Below the pieces are notes generated by a model. That model had not been told where the DNA came from, did not search any database, and saw nothing but the letters and a program-made list of their open reading frames with translations. Of a stretch of 64,000 bases of DNA, positions 52,871 through 64,000 are shown piece after piece. The position numbers were made by a program, and so were the translations under genes. Position 1 is the stretch's first letter, and each line of letters begins with the position of its first letter. The DNA is from Octopus bimaculoides (Eukaryota): assembly GCF_001194135.2 (NCBI RefSeq), contig NC_069001.1:11150590-11214589 (forward strand), read 5' to 3'.

Positions 52871-52907
52871 TCTTTCTGTTGAAGTGCGTAGCTCGAAACG
52901 TCAAAGA
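52871..52907 (+). ncRNA. Minimal type I hammerhead motif, family B, variant core CUGUUGA
   Basis: TCTTT-CTGTTGA-A-GTGC-GTA-GCTC-GAAA-CGTC-AAAGA: stem I TCTTT/AAAGA fully paired, GUC cleavage triplet at 52900-52902; family-B tail continues to about 52990. Confidence 0.55.
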
Positions 52908-53038
52908 CTTTCCGTATTCCCGAGCGTCATACTAATACATCCTTTTGTTATTTACACCACCTGTCCTCGTCTGTTGTTTTTTCGTATATTCTCCCATATA
53001 TATATAGGTAAGTACATATATGTATGTATGTACGCATA

Positions 53039-53069
<31 letters not shown>

Positions 53070-54208
53070 GCGTGTATGTATGTATGTATGTGTGACGGTT
53101 CTTTCAGTTTTCCGTCTACCAAATCCACTCACAAGGCTTTGTTCGGCCCGAGGCTATAGTAGAAGATACTCGCCCAAGATGCCAAACAAGCTCCTTACCA
53201 CACAGCCGCGCCTACGCACGCACGCACGCACGCACACGCACGCACACGCACGCACACGCACGCACGCACACACACACACACACATATATATATACATATA
53301 TAGACAGCGTATACGTATCTAATTAATTCGCTAAGTATTGCACCCTCGTTGGAGTCACAGCTGGCCGAGATATCTGTGTTTCTCTTAGAGCTTGAAATCT
53401 GGGGTGAGGCACCGAACAACTTGCATCGAATTAAGCAGGGTTTTTTCCTTTGATAGGACGAGTAACACTAATCGAGAAAACCATAAATTATTAAAGGGCA
53501 ATATAGCATAAAAGACACCATTTAATGTAAAAGGAATATCAACGTTAACCTTTAAACTTTGATAAGCATAGTGGCAATGATAGTGAATTAGCTGAGAAGG
53601 CAGATGTTTTGACTGAATGTAAACTGTTCTATTTTGCTGTTCCTATATTAATAAAGCTGTCAACTAAAGATGAATTAGTTTAATTACATTTGTAATATAG
53701 TTAGTTTGTATTGGTTTGTCCTCTCAATTAACATATCGTGCTTGTAACGTTGTGTTCATCAGTTGTCATTGACTTTGCTTAAGCAATTACGATTAAGGAT
53801 CGTATCTATGATGAATTTCAGCTTTGGTGGAATTCGAATACGTAAATAAATATTGTACAGCACTTTTTTTCGTTCGCCGCTTGTTGGTTTGTTTCGCTTC
53901 ATTGCTCTTCATGATAGTCACGTTTCAACATTGGTTCGTTGGGCGTTGGTGAGCGAGCGTTTTCATGGATAAGATAGAGATTGCATATTTGACAAACAAA
54001 GGTGCAATGACATATATCTTGGAATCTTAGAGTAAGGTTGTTTTCATATGTAATTAAATCGTTGTAGGTAAGGTCATACGGCGAAGAGCTTTGATTCCAA
54101 ACAATGTGGTGCTGAGTTCGATAGCATTACATGAAATGATGGATTACTGACGATCTAAAACATTGTGAGTGAAGTTTGGATGTCGAAAACACTACGAAAG
54201 ATAGTCAG

Positions 54209-54241
<33 letters not shown>

Positions 54242-54878
54242 TGCGTGTGTGGATGTGTGAGAGAGAGAGAAAGAGAGAGAGAGTGATACAGAGAGAGGGA
54301 ATGTGTAACAGTGTGTGTGTGTGTGTGTGTGTNNNNNNNNNNNNNNNNNNNNNNNNNNNNNNNNNNNNNNNNNNNNNNNNNNNNNNNNNNNNNNNNNNNN
54401 NNNNNNNNNNNNNNNNNNNNNNNNNNNNNNNNNNNNNNNNNNNNNNNNNNNNNNNNNNNNNNNNNNNNNNNNNNNNNNNNNNNNNNNNNNNNNNNNNNNN
54501 NNNNNNNNNNNNNNNNNNNNNNNNNNNNNNNNNNNNNNNNNNNNNNNNNNNNNNNNNNNNNNNNNNNNNNNNNNNNNNNNNNNNNNNNNNNNNNNNNNNN
54601 NNNNNNNNNNNNNNNNNNNNNNNNNNNNNNNNNNNNNNNNNNNNNNNNNNNNNNNNNNNNNNNNNNNNNNNNNNNNNNNNNNNNNNNNNNNNNNNNNNNN
54701 NNNNNNNNNNNNNNNNNNNNNNNNNNNNNNNNNNNNNNNNNNNNNNNNNNNNNNNNNNNNNNNNNNNNNNNNNNNNNNNNNNNNNNNNNNNNNNNNNNNN
54801 NNNNNNNNNNNNNNNNNNNNNNNNNNNNNNNNNNNNNNNNNNNNNNNNNNNNNNNNNNNNNNNNNNNNNNNNNNNNNN

Positions 54879-54939
<61 letters not shown>

Positions 54940-55378
54940 GAGACCTGTGAAGTATAAATAATAACACAAATGAACTGAGGTTCACTAAAGCTGTTTCAGA
55001 CGTCTTTTTTTTTTAGTGATGAACAAACCAATTAAATATTGGGAAACAAACGTTTTCCTCAAGCGAATTAAACTAAAATAAAATTATTGAATTAAAGTAA
55101 AATAAGACATTTTCACACAAATAGTATAAGATGCATAATGACTTTCTCATCTCAGGGCCGTTTGAGATCAAGGTATATATTAATCCATAATTATTCTCTT
55201 ACACATAATGAATTTACTCATTGCCCAATGGAGAGGCTTGTATATCGCTGAACATTTAACTCCAGTACTTCACTGAGGTACATATTTGTTGCGCTCTACT
55301 CGTTGAGCCGCTAAGTTACGGAATATTAATTGATTCAATAGAAAGACGATGGCATCATTCATACGAATGTTCGTCAGC

Positions 55379-55424
<46 letters not shown>

Positions 55425-55984
55425 ATATGCTGTTATAATAAGATTCACGATTTGTGATTTTGAAGTTAGTGTAACTTGGTACTAAGTTTATTGGTGTTCA
55501 TTGTCAAGTCAGCCTTGATTGAAAATCTGTATGATCAAAGAGATTCCAATAGGAAACATATTGTGAAACAAGCTTAGTAATCGATAATAAATAACATAAT
55601 TAATACGTAATTATACATTTATACAATTCATGTGTCACCAAAGGGTATATTTTGGACTGCACATTGAGAGGAAACTGTGGTAGTAGTAGTAACAAAAACA
55701 GCTTTAGTGAATTTCAGCTCATGCATAGATTCAGAAAAACAAAATAAAACTGATCATGGTTTTCATGCAATTTAAAAATTACTGCCTGCAAAATACATGT
55801 ATCGAAGCATACATCCTCTTTTGTAAACTAATTTAGTGGCTCAGAAAACCTCATCTCAAAGAAAGCAGATTATAAATCTTATTTTTAGACGAATTTCTGG
55901 TCTATTTTCGGGTTAAGAAACCTTCAAAAGCGCTTCCCCATGCTGTAACAACGCACTAGCGTGGTCTAACTTCTCTCTCTCCAC

Positions 55985-56021
<37 letters not shown>

Positions 56022-56144
56022 AATTCAGATGAGTGGTACAACAAGGCACCAATATTTACTGGAAGCTATACATTAGCGTCGTAATTGTATCGATTGCTAT
56101 TTTCCAGTAAATATCGGTGTCTTGTTGTACCGCTCATCTGAATT
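56022..56144. repeat. Fold-back element with 43-bp arms inserted in (TA)n
   Basis: AATTCAGATGAGTGGTACAACAAGGCACCAATATTTACTGGAA versus reverse complement of 56102-56144: 3 mismatches; 37-nt loop. Confidence 0.9.
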
Positions 56145-56347
56145 NNNNNNNNNNNNNNNNNNNNNNNNNNNNNNNNNNNNNNTATATATATATATATACC
56201 CTTATAGGGCTTTATTTTGTTGGAAATTAATACATTTGTATTGAAATATTTTTCACTGATATATATATATATATATATAAATGTATAAACATATAAATTT
56301 ATATATATGTATGTATGTATGAATGTATATATGCATGTGTGTATCCG

Positions 56348-56407
<60 letters not shown>

Positions 56408-57179
56408 CGTAGATGTTCATATTTATGTACACACTGACGAAAATACATAATCGCACAAACGTACGTACACATACATGCATACATACATACATACCCACAT
56501 ATACACACACACATTATTTCATAGGAATTGTTTAGTTCACGCTGCTGCCTGTAATTATCGTAGGAAATTAGACGACCTACATCCAATCACGTTTTAAACG
56601 TTCGTGAATCTTTCTAGCGGCTGATAAAAGATTCATTTCCTGTGCAGCCTGGAATTAAATATTGCAATTGTTTGTTGTTTTAATATTATGTTACAACAAG
56701 ATCCATCATCGCGCAGCGTATTGATACAAAGTTAAATAAGGTGATAACACTGTTGTACAATCGTGTCTATGTCCCTAACGGTTTAAAAACAATACAGATG
56801 GGCGTTTAGCAGACGATATGGTTTCAGTTGACACCTGACTGTCAGTATTATTCTTTCGCAAGGAAAATCATTCGAAATAAATGAAAAGACTTGTTGAATG
56901 GAAAACTAAATGCAAAGGGAAATGTTTTCGTTTGAAATTTCTTATTATTTCAACGATGCAGCTGTGATAATCAAAAGAATGTTGAACAGCTGTGAATTTC
57001 GATGGATGGATGGATGGATGGATGGATGGTCACTGCATTGTGATTGGTGGTGGAGGGCAATATGGGGTTAGCAATGAGTGAATGAGTGGTGAAGATGAAC
57101 CCTGATATATGAGGTGCTGTGTTATAGGTGTTTGGGAGAACGATGGAGTAGGCTGTGAGTAAGGATGTGGGAGCAGAAA

Positions 57180-57221
<42 letters not shown>

Positions 57222-57242
57222 GAGAGAGAGACAGAGAGAGAG

Positions 57243-57273
<31 letters not shown>

Positions 57274-57718
57274 GAGACAGAGAGAGAGAGACAAAGACAG
57301 AAAGATTGGGAGATGATTATGCAAATAATCAAATAAAATTGCTTGGGCTAGATATATAAAATATACATACATATATACATGTAAATAGAGAGAGAGAGGC
57401 AAAAAACTGAAGATATTCAGACGGTGAATATTCAAGTAATAAATATATAGCTATTTATATATTAATAGAGAAGAATTATACAGAGTAGAAAGCCACAGAA
57501 AACTGAGGGGAGAATATGTGGGATCTCCTATCCGACAGCTGTTTCCGGGGGCTCTGAATTACGTAATAATTTTAGTAGATGCAGTTCGCAAAACCATCAT
57601 TCATTGTTAATTTCAAAGGTTTGGCAATGTGTCAATGGTTGGAAACGGGGTCCCACATGATCTCTTTGTTGTCTACACCACCTGTCCTCGTCTTTTGTTT
57701 TTTCTTGTGAATTCTCCC

Positions 57719-57812
<94 letters not shown>

Positions 57813-57829
57813 TGTGCGAGTGTGTGCGA

Positions 57830-57904
<75 letters not shown>

Positions 57905-57989
57905 CACATATGTGTATATATATATGTATTTATGTATGTATATGTATATATACATATATATACGTACAAGCAAATCATGAGATAAAGGA

Positions 57990-58030
<41 letters not shown>

Positions 58031-58293
58031 GAGAAAGAGAGAAAGAAAGAGAGAGAAAGAGAGAGACTGAAGAAGAGAAAAGTCAAAGAGAAGGAGAGGT
58101 TGCCAGACAGACGGAGAAGGGAAAAATTGAAATGGTATCAGGAAATATGAACAGACGTATATTTACCTAACTTGAAATCGAGACAGGCTGAGATGTCGAG
58201 GAAGAAGTAAAGAAGTGAATTGTAGATCAGGAAATAAAGTGAAATGTTTAAAGGAAATAACACAAAAGGATATGAATTAATGACAATGTCTGG

Positions 58294-58336
<43 letters not shown>

Positions 58337-58610
58337 GTGGGAGAGAGAAATTCATGTTGTATACAAGTGCGATTCGGGGTTCATTCTCAAAGCGTGGAAT
58401 CTTGGGCCAGTGTTTAGAACCAAAATCATCAGGTGACCAGTACTGTGCTGGTAGAATTTGGTTGATGGAAGGCGTACAGTAAGTGGCCAGCGTGCGTGTC
58501 CATCCGCTTACTTGCCTACGTTTAGTAAATATGTTTGCTCGGTTGTAAGTGAGACATGGGTGATGTATGTGTATGTATATACCTAAGAAAATTAATATGT
58601 ATATATGTGT

Positions 58611-58948
58611 AAGGCGGCGAGCTGGCAGAAACGTTAGCACGCCGGGCAAAATGCTTAGCGGTATTTCGTCTGCCGCTACGTTGTGAGTTCAAATTCCGCC
58701 AAGGTAGACTTAGCCTTTCATCTTTTCGGTGTCGATTGAATAAGTATCAGTTACGCACTGGGATCGATGTAATCGACTTAATCCGTTTGTCTGTCCTTGT
58801 TTGTACCTTCTATGTTGAGCCCCCTGTGGGCAGTAAAGAAATAAGAAACGTTAGCACGCCGGTCGAAATGCTTAGCAGTATTTCGTTCGTCATTACGTTC
58901 TGAGTTCAAATTCCGCCGAGATCGACTTTGTCTTTCATCTTTTCGGGG
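58611..58948 (+). mobile_element. SINE family S2, dimeric form (second monomer truncated)
   Basis: Same monomer-linker-monomer junction as 16725-17140. Confidence 0.85.
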
Positions 58949-59779
58949 AAGAAAAACCAAGAAAATGTTGAGCCATGCATGGTTCACGAAGGAACAAACA
59001 GCACAACAAGTAGTAAAGCAATATAATCAGAGCCCGATCAACATGAAAGCTGCTGTCCTTGGTTTGATGAAGTCGATGCACTGAGCGCAGAGGAAGAAAA
59101 AATATAGCGAGTACACCATAGTAGTACAAATAAACATGAACTATTGCTGGGAAAATTAATAGTGCACAATACGATTGTAGGGATTGGTATTCTTGCAAGT
59201 GACTAAAACCATTGATAATATTAGTGGATAGAAATAAGGAAAACAATTACAGTAATTCAAATTGTATATGAAAAAAGAAAAGCATATGGACCGTTATCCT
59301 GCAAGGCACAGACCTGAAATTTAAAATTTCCCTCCAAACTCTGTGGTAAAATGCAATATATAACATCAATATATTTATGTGAAATTCTTGCCTATATATC
59401 TCCCACAAAAATTCGTGTAAATATGTTACAGGAAAACGACTGGCCTTCTGCCTAAGAAAGGAACCAATATATATTGCTATGTTATATACGATATATCATT
59501 TACGGATACACATACTCAGACACAAGAAAAAAAAAATTAAAAGAAAGATATGACAGAATCTTCAATAAAGCCAACCTGAGTGAGAAGAAAAAAATATTCC
59601 ATAGATTTATAGAAAGGAATATATTGCCAAATTATCATATATTGTCAAAGAAATAGCTGTCGATGTTTCAAACAGATCCAATTTACCAAATGTAATATTA
59701 AAATGGGATTTTTCGTTTAAGTATTGTTTTCGTTTTCTCTCACCTATTTTCTTTCTCTGTCCTCTCTCTCTCTCGCCCT

Positions 59780-59786
59780 CTAAACA

Positions 59787-59817
<31 letters not shown>

Positions 59818-59845
59818 GCATATATATATATATATNNNNNNNNNN

Positions 59846-59887
<42 letters not shown>

Positions 59888-60343
59888 AATATGTCGTGTA
59901 AGTATATATTTAGATATGTATAAATATGTACACATATCTATATGTATATATATATATACACACATATGTATGTGTATATATATATATATATACACACACA
60001 TATGTATGTATATATATATATATATATATACATATACACACATATATGTATGTGTATATATATATATATACATACACACACATATGTATGTATGTATATA
60101 TATATATATACATACATATACACACATATGTATATATATACATATATATGTATATATATACACATATATGTATGTATATGTATATATATATACACATATA
60201 TGTATGTATATGTATATATATATACACATATATGTATGTATATATATACACATATGTATGTATATATATATATATATATACATATATGTATATACACATA
60301 TATGTATGTATATATATATATATATACACATATATATATCTCC

Positions 60344-60376
<33 letters not shown>

Positions 60377-60660
60377 AATGAAGAGATTCAGAAATGTGGG
60401 TATATAGAGATGTGTGGATATATACGTACATACCCAATGCTCACATATATATCCACATATACACACACTCATGCATATATGAATATATATGTGAGTATGA
60501 GGTTTGTATGCGTGTGTATAACTATATGTACTTGTGAATACGTCTACACATCTAGATATTTCTATGCTTATGTGAATGTATTCCTAGATATTTATATGCA
60601 TGTGACAATGTGTGTGGGAGTGAGATTACATGTGTGTGTGTATTTTGAAAGGCAATAAAA
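59780..60660. repeat. Compound (TA)/(CA)/(TATG) microsatellite, representative of many such arrays
   Basis: Direct. Similar arrays at about 1550-1780, 6770-7380, 14720-15010, 21070-21540, 37820-38160, 44130-44500, 47650-48076 and 57720-58080. Confidence 0.95.
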
Positions 60661-60799
60661 TACATTTTCGATCGTCAAATGTAATTGGTTATGTTTATTT
60701 GCTGTGATGAACACAATGAAGCATTCAGCCCGACATTCCTTTTCCTGTTAGGTTATTTATCTAGATTTATATAAATAAATGCTTCTATAGTGACTCTTT

Positions 60800-61645
60800 A
60801 GAGAGAGGCAATAGGGTGAGCCTGTACGATGGAAAATACACATGTTATTAGTGGTTCTAGATAGAGTCTATATTGAGGAGATCGGCAGTAGGGACATCGA
60901 CGATAGTGTGAAGAGAGAGATATAGTGTGTGGTGAGGGAAGTAGTCAGATACTAGTTACGAGAAATAGACTCATGTTGAGATGAGACGACTGTGGAGAGG
61001 TGAGCCACTGTGCGTGGTAGGTTGGGAGAGGAGTCATAAGCTGTTGTAAAGATGCAAGACATTGGTAAGGTGACAAAGTCTATCGTTAGCAAACATAGAC
61101 TGGGACGAGTATAGTAAGGCTGGATGAGGCGACAGACAGTTTTGAGAGGATGTAGTATGACGATGAGAAATTCCGACTGTGGCGAAGAGAAATAGACTAG
61201 GGTGAAGAGAGATGACAAAGTTTGAAGTAAGGAGAGATGCAGATTGTGATGACATAATAATGACTTAGATGTGGAAGCATTGATTATGGTACTGTTCTAT
61301 ATTTTACAGATGAGGAATTCTGTATATTATTTGCATTATTCACATTGGACGGAGATTTGTCCTCATCTTGTTTGTTGTTACCACAATATTTCGGCTAATT
61401 TTGTCTCCAGCCTTCATTCAGGTGTCCTCGTGGAATTTTGAACCCAACCCTGCATTCAAAAACGCAACCCTGCATTCAAAAACGCAACCCTAGATTCAAA
61501 AATACCTTAGGGATACGACTCCAGGGTTAGGTTCAAAATTCCACCAAGACACCTGATGAAGATTGGAGAGTAAATCAGCCGAAACGTTGTGGTAAAAATA
61601 AACACGACGAGGAAACATATTCGTAAATAATGTAAATAATTGAAT
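60800..61645. mobile_element. Penelope-like element remnant: inverted pair of hammerhead-bearing terminal repeats plus decayed C/T-rich 5' ORF region on the minus strand
   Basis: 61320-61445(-) and 61530-61645(+) are inverted copies of family A around a spacer with about three 20-bp units (AACCCTGCATTCAAAAACGC); the minus arm runs into the leader AATTCCTCATCT..AAATATAGAAC shared with 26465 and then S/L/H-rich broken ORFs. Confidence 0.65.
61548..61593 (+). ncRNA. Minimal type I hammerhead motif, family A
   Basis: GACAC-CTGATGA-A-GATTG..CAGCC-GAAA-CGTT-GTGGT: core intact, stems I and II partly mismatched. Confidence 0.5.
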
Positions 61646-61719
61646 ATGGTGTATAAACAAGACAGGATCTTCGCTGAGGAGTAACGAGGTAATTGTAAAT
61701 TAATTTTGATAGAGCTTAC

Positions 61720-61773
61720 TGGTAATGCGAACAAATGTTCGAAATGGAAAGAAGTACGTTGAATTGATGTAAT
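61720..61773 (-). CDS. Candidate 54-nt symmetric exon (ITSIQRTSFHFEHLFALP in phase 0; YINSTYFFPFRTFVRIT in phase 1)
   Basis: Acceptor gtaatttcag| and consensus donor CA|gtaagc; all frames open; phase 0 could join exon 27161-27361. Confidence 0.35.
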
Positions 61774-62086
61774 CTGAAATTACTATACGTCGATCGTAGT
61801 TTTACAAGCAAATTACTCAAGTAGCTGGCCATGTTGGGTCACGAAATCATTATGACAAATGTAAACATAAAAGAAATGGATTTTTGTCCTTTTCAACTAT
61901 GGCTTAAATAAAAAATTTAAAAAAATTAAAAAATACAGGAAATCAAAAATATGTGTATAGTATATTGCACTGCAATCTTCATTAATCTAACTTCTAAAAA
62001 GGAAATTATATTTATAATGTAATAGGTTTAATAATTACATTATATATTTTCAGTTTAGATAACGTATCTGAAAGTAACAAGTAACA

Positions 62087-62118
<32 letters not shown>

Positions 62119-62282
62119 TAAATGGCATGACTATTTAGTGTTTTGATCAACGTATAGTCTTTACAAGTGATCGAAGAACCGCCATAACAGCGGAAACCAG
62201 TTAGCTAAGTATGAACTTGCTTCTACTGTAAAACCCTATTAGCCGTAATACACACACAAACTACATACGCGCGCGCGCGCAC

Positions 62283-62450
62283 AGTGAGCATGCGTGGCAT
62301 AGTGGTTAGGGTATTTAGCTCATGATCAGAAGGTCGTGAGTTCATTCTCCGGCAGCACGTTGTGTCCTTGAGCAAGACATTTTATTTCATGTTGCTCCGA
62401 TCCACTCACCTAGCAAAAAATGAGTACTACTTGTATTTCAAAGGGTCAGC
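62283..62450 (+). mobile_element. CORE-type SINE (family S4), truncated at the mariner junction
   Basis: GCGTGGCATAGTGGTTAGGG..., CORE-like TCCTTGAGCAAGACATTTTATTTCATGTTGCTCC, ends at GTATTTCAAAGGGTCAGC. Confidence 0.8.
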
Positions 62451-62451
62451 T

Positions 62452-62972
62452 CACAGACTTTTTGGGACCAGCGTGGAGTAGTGATGATGAAAAAGGGCAC
62501 CACAACTCACCGGGCTTATTTTGCATCTCTGCTGCAGTAATTGCAGGACGCCATCAAAGCAGGGAAGCGTGGCATGCTGACCAAAGGAGTCCGCTTCCTC
62601 CAAGACAACGCTCCAGTTCAAAGAGCGCATATTGGTGAAAGGATTGCACACCCCTGCGGCTATGAAAACCTTCCTCACCTCCCTTACTCTCTCGACCTCA
62701 CATTTGACTTCTACATTTTTCCAACCATGAAGTCTTATTTGAAGGGGAAGCACTTTTCGGACGATGAACTTATTTCCGAGATAAAGTCTTGGGCTCAGAC
62801 GCAAGCTACCAACTTTTAAATAGGAAGTTTTCGCAGCTGCATAAAGGGTTAGCAGAAGTGTGTAACCATTGGTGGTGGTTATGTAGAGAAGGACTATTAA
62901 TTAAACCAAGTTTCGTTCATCTCAGTCCTTGGGAAGTGGGTCAGGGGAAATCCTTAATGAATACACCACGTA
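62452..62972 (+). mobile_element. Mariner transposon 3' half (decayed DDD catalytic domain)
   Basis: FWDQRGVV...LQDAIKAGKRGMLTKGVRFLQDNAPVQ...PHLPYSLDLTFDFYIFPTMKSYLKGKHF...KCVTIGGGYVEK, followed by a TIR-like end ...TAATGAATACACCACGTA. Confidence 0.9.
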
Positions 62973-63011
62973 TCTCTCAATACAAAGAGTAATCCATCCA
63001 ATGAGAGATCA

Positions 63012-63247
63012 ATATTACTAAACGTTTCAACTACATGTACTTAACGCGCTACTAATAGTTTCCCCGTACATGCGTACGTTCATCAGGCGCCACTCGCACT
63101 GTACTCCAAAAACTTTAGTTTAAACAGAGGAACTATTTAAACTAAAATTTTGAGAGTATAGTACGATTGGTGCCTGATAGACGTATGCACGTAGGGAAAA
63201 CTATTAGTAGTGCGATAAGTACATATAGTTCAAACGTTTAGTAATAT
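63012..63247. repeat. Long fold-back element (MITE-like): 113/112-bp arms, 11-nt loop
   Basis: 63012-63124 versus reverse complement of 63136-63247, about 85% identical by eye, differences mostly transitions. Confidence 0.9.
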
Positions 63248-63829
63248 ATATGTATGCATGTATGTATGTATTTACCTTATAACAAAATTCTTTAAGGCGG
63301 AGCAATTTTTGTCTAAAGCTACATTTGTATAGCATTCCATATCAACATGGAAATCAATGTGAAAATAGATTTTGCGTTTCGTCACGTCATTTTCCAGAAA
63401 GCTAATCTTTTGTAACGTTTGGTGTTCCCGCATATATCTATATAATCTCTCTCTATCTCCGCTTTTTCGACACCCAGTAAGTAACTCTGTGTGTGTTTGT
63501 ATTTTTATGAGTGTTTGTACGTACGTTTGTGAGTGTATATGCTCAAATATTTATGCATATGTATATGCACATGTAAATACCTCTCTCTCCTTCTTTCACT
63601 CTCTCTCTCATCTTTCTATAGACAAGCACGAGCACGAGCACGCACACATACACGCAAAAATTATTTTTACAAATATTAATGTGCACATACATATACACAT
63701 ATATACATTCGTTTTTTCCTATTTGTATCAGGTTCGATACAGAGACTGAGAAGTAAACCCCTTTCCCTCTCCCTACCCCTTTCTTCATATACATATAATA
63801 TATACATACACATATACAACATATATATA

Positions 63830-64000
63830 TATATATATTAAATACATACATATATATATATATTAAATACATACATATATATATATATATATTAAATACA
63901 TACATATATATATATATATATTAAATACATACATATATATATATATTAAATACATACATATATATATATATATTAAATACATACATATATATATATATAT
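63830..64000 (+). repeat. Minisatellite ATTAAATACATACA(TA)n, unit about 26-32 bp, about 6 copies
   Basis: Direct. Confidence 0.9.

Noticed and set aside
58935-59246. 103-aa hydrophobic minus ORF resembling a membrane protein
   Set aside because: TTG start, runs into a SINE, no donor site; T-rich non-coding DNA readily gives hydrophobic ORFs.

Overview
AT-rich eukaryotic (metazoan) genomic DNA from a gapped short-read scaffold. There are about 17 N-runs, nearly all flanked by (TA)n, (CA)n or (GA)n arrays. The extreme microsatellite load and the tRNA/CORE-type SINE families suggest an octopod cephalopod; this is inference, not a database match. Almost every ORF in the supplied track is an artefact of microsatellites or N-gaps. 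The window is mostly intron-like sequence filled with decayed mobile elements: at least four SINE families, L1/Tx1 ORF1 and ORF2 remnants, CR1/L2-like RT remnants, a tandem pair of HERO-like REL non-LTR 3' ends, two mariner remnants, hAT and Tc1/mariner-type MITEs, several long fold-back hairpins, and two families of Penelope-type repeats carrying minimal type I hammerhead-ribozyme motifs. A few small exons with good splice signals lie on the minus strand (best: 27161-27361, 15909-16009, 828-952) and suggest one large multi-exon gene whose product I cannot identify; its exon chain and frame are ambiguous. There is no prokaryotic system, CRISPR array, rRNA or intact tRNA gene. The most interesting signals are the hammerhead motifs (including an apparent CUGUUGA core variant and a strand bias in which copies are intact), their inverted-repeat architecture, and several near-perfect 40-110 bp hairpins.
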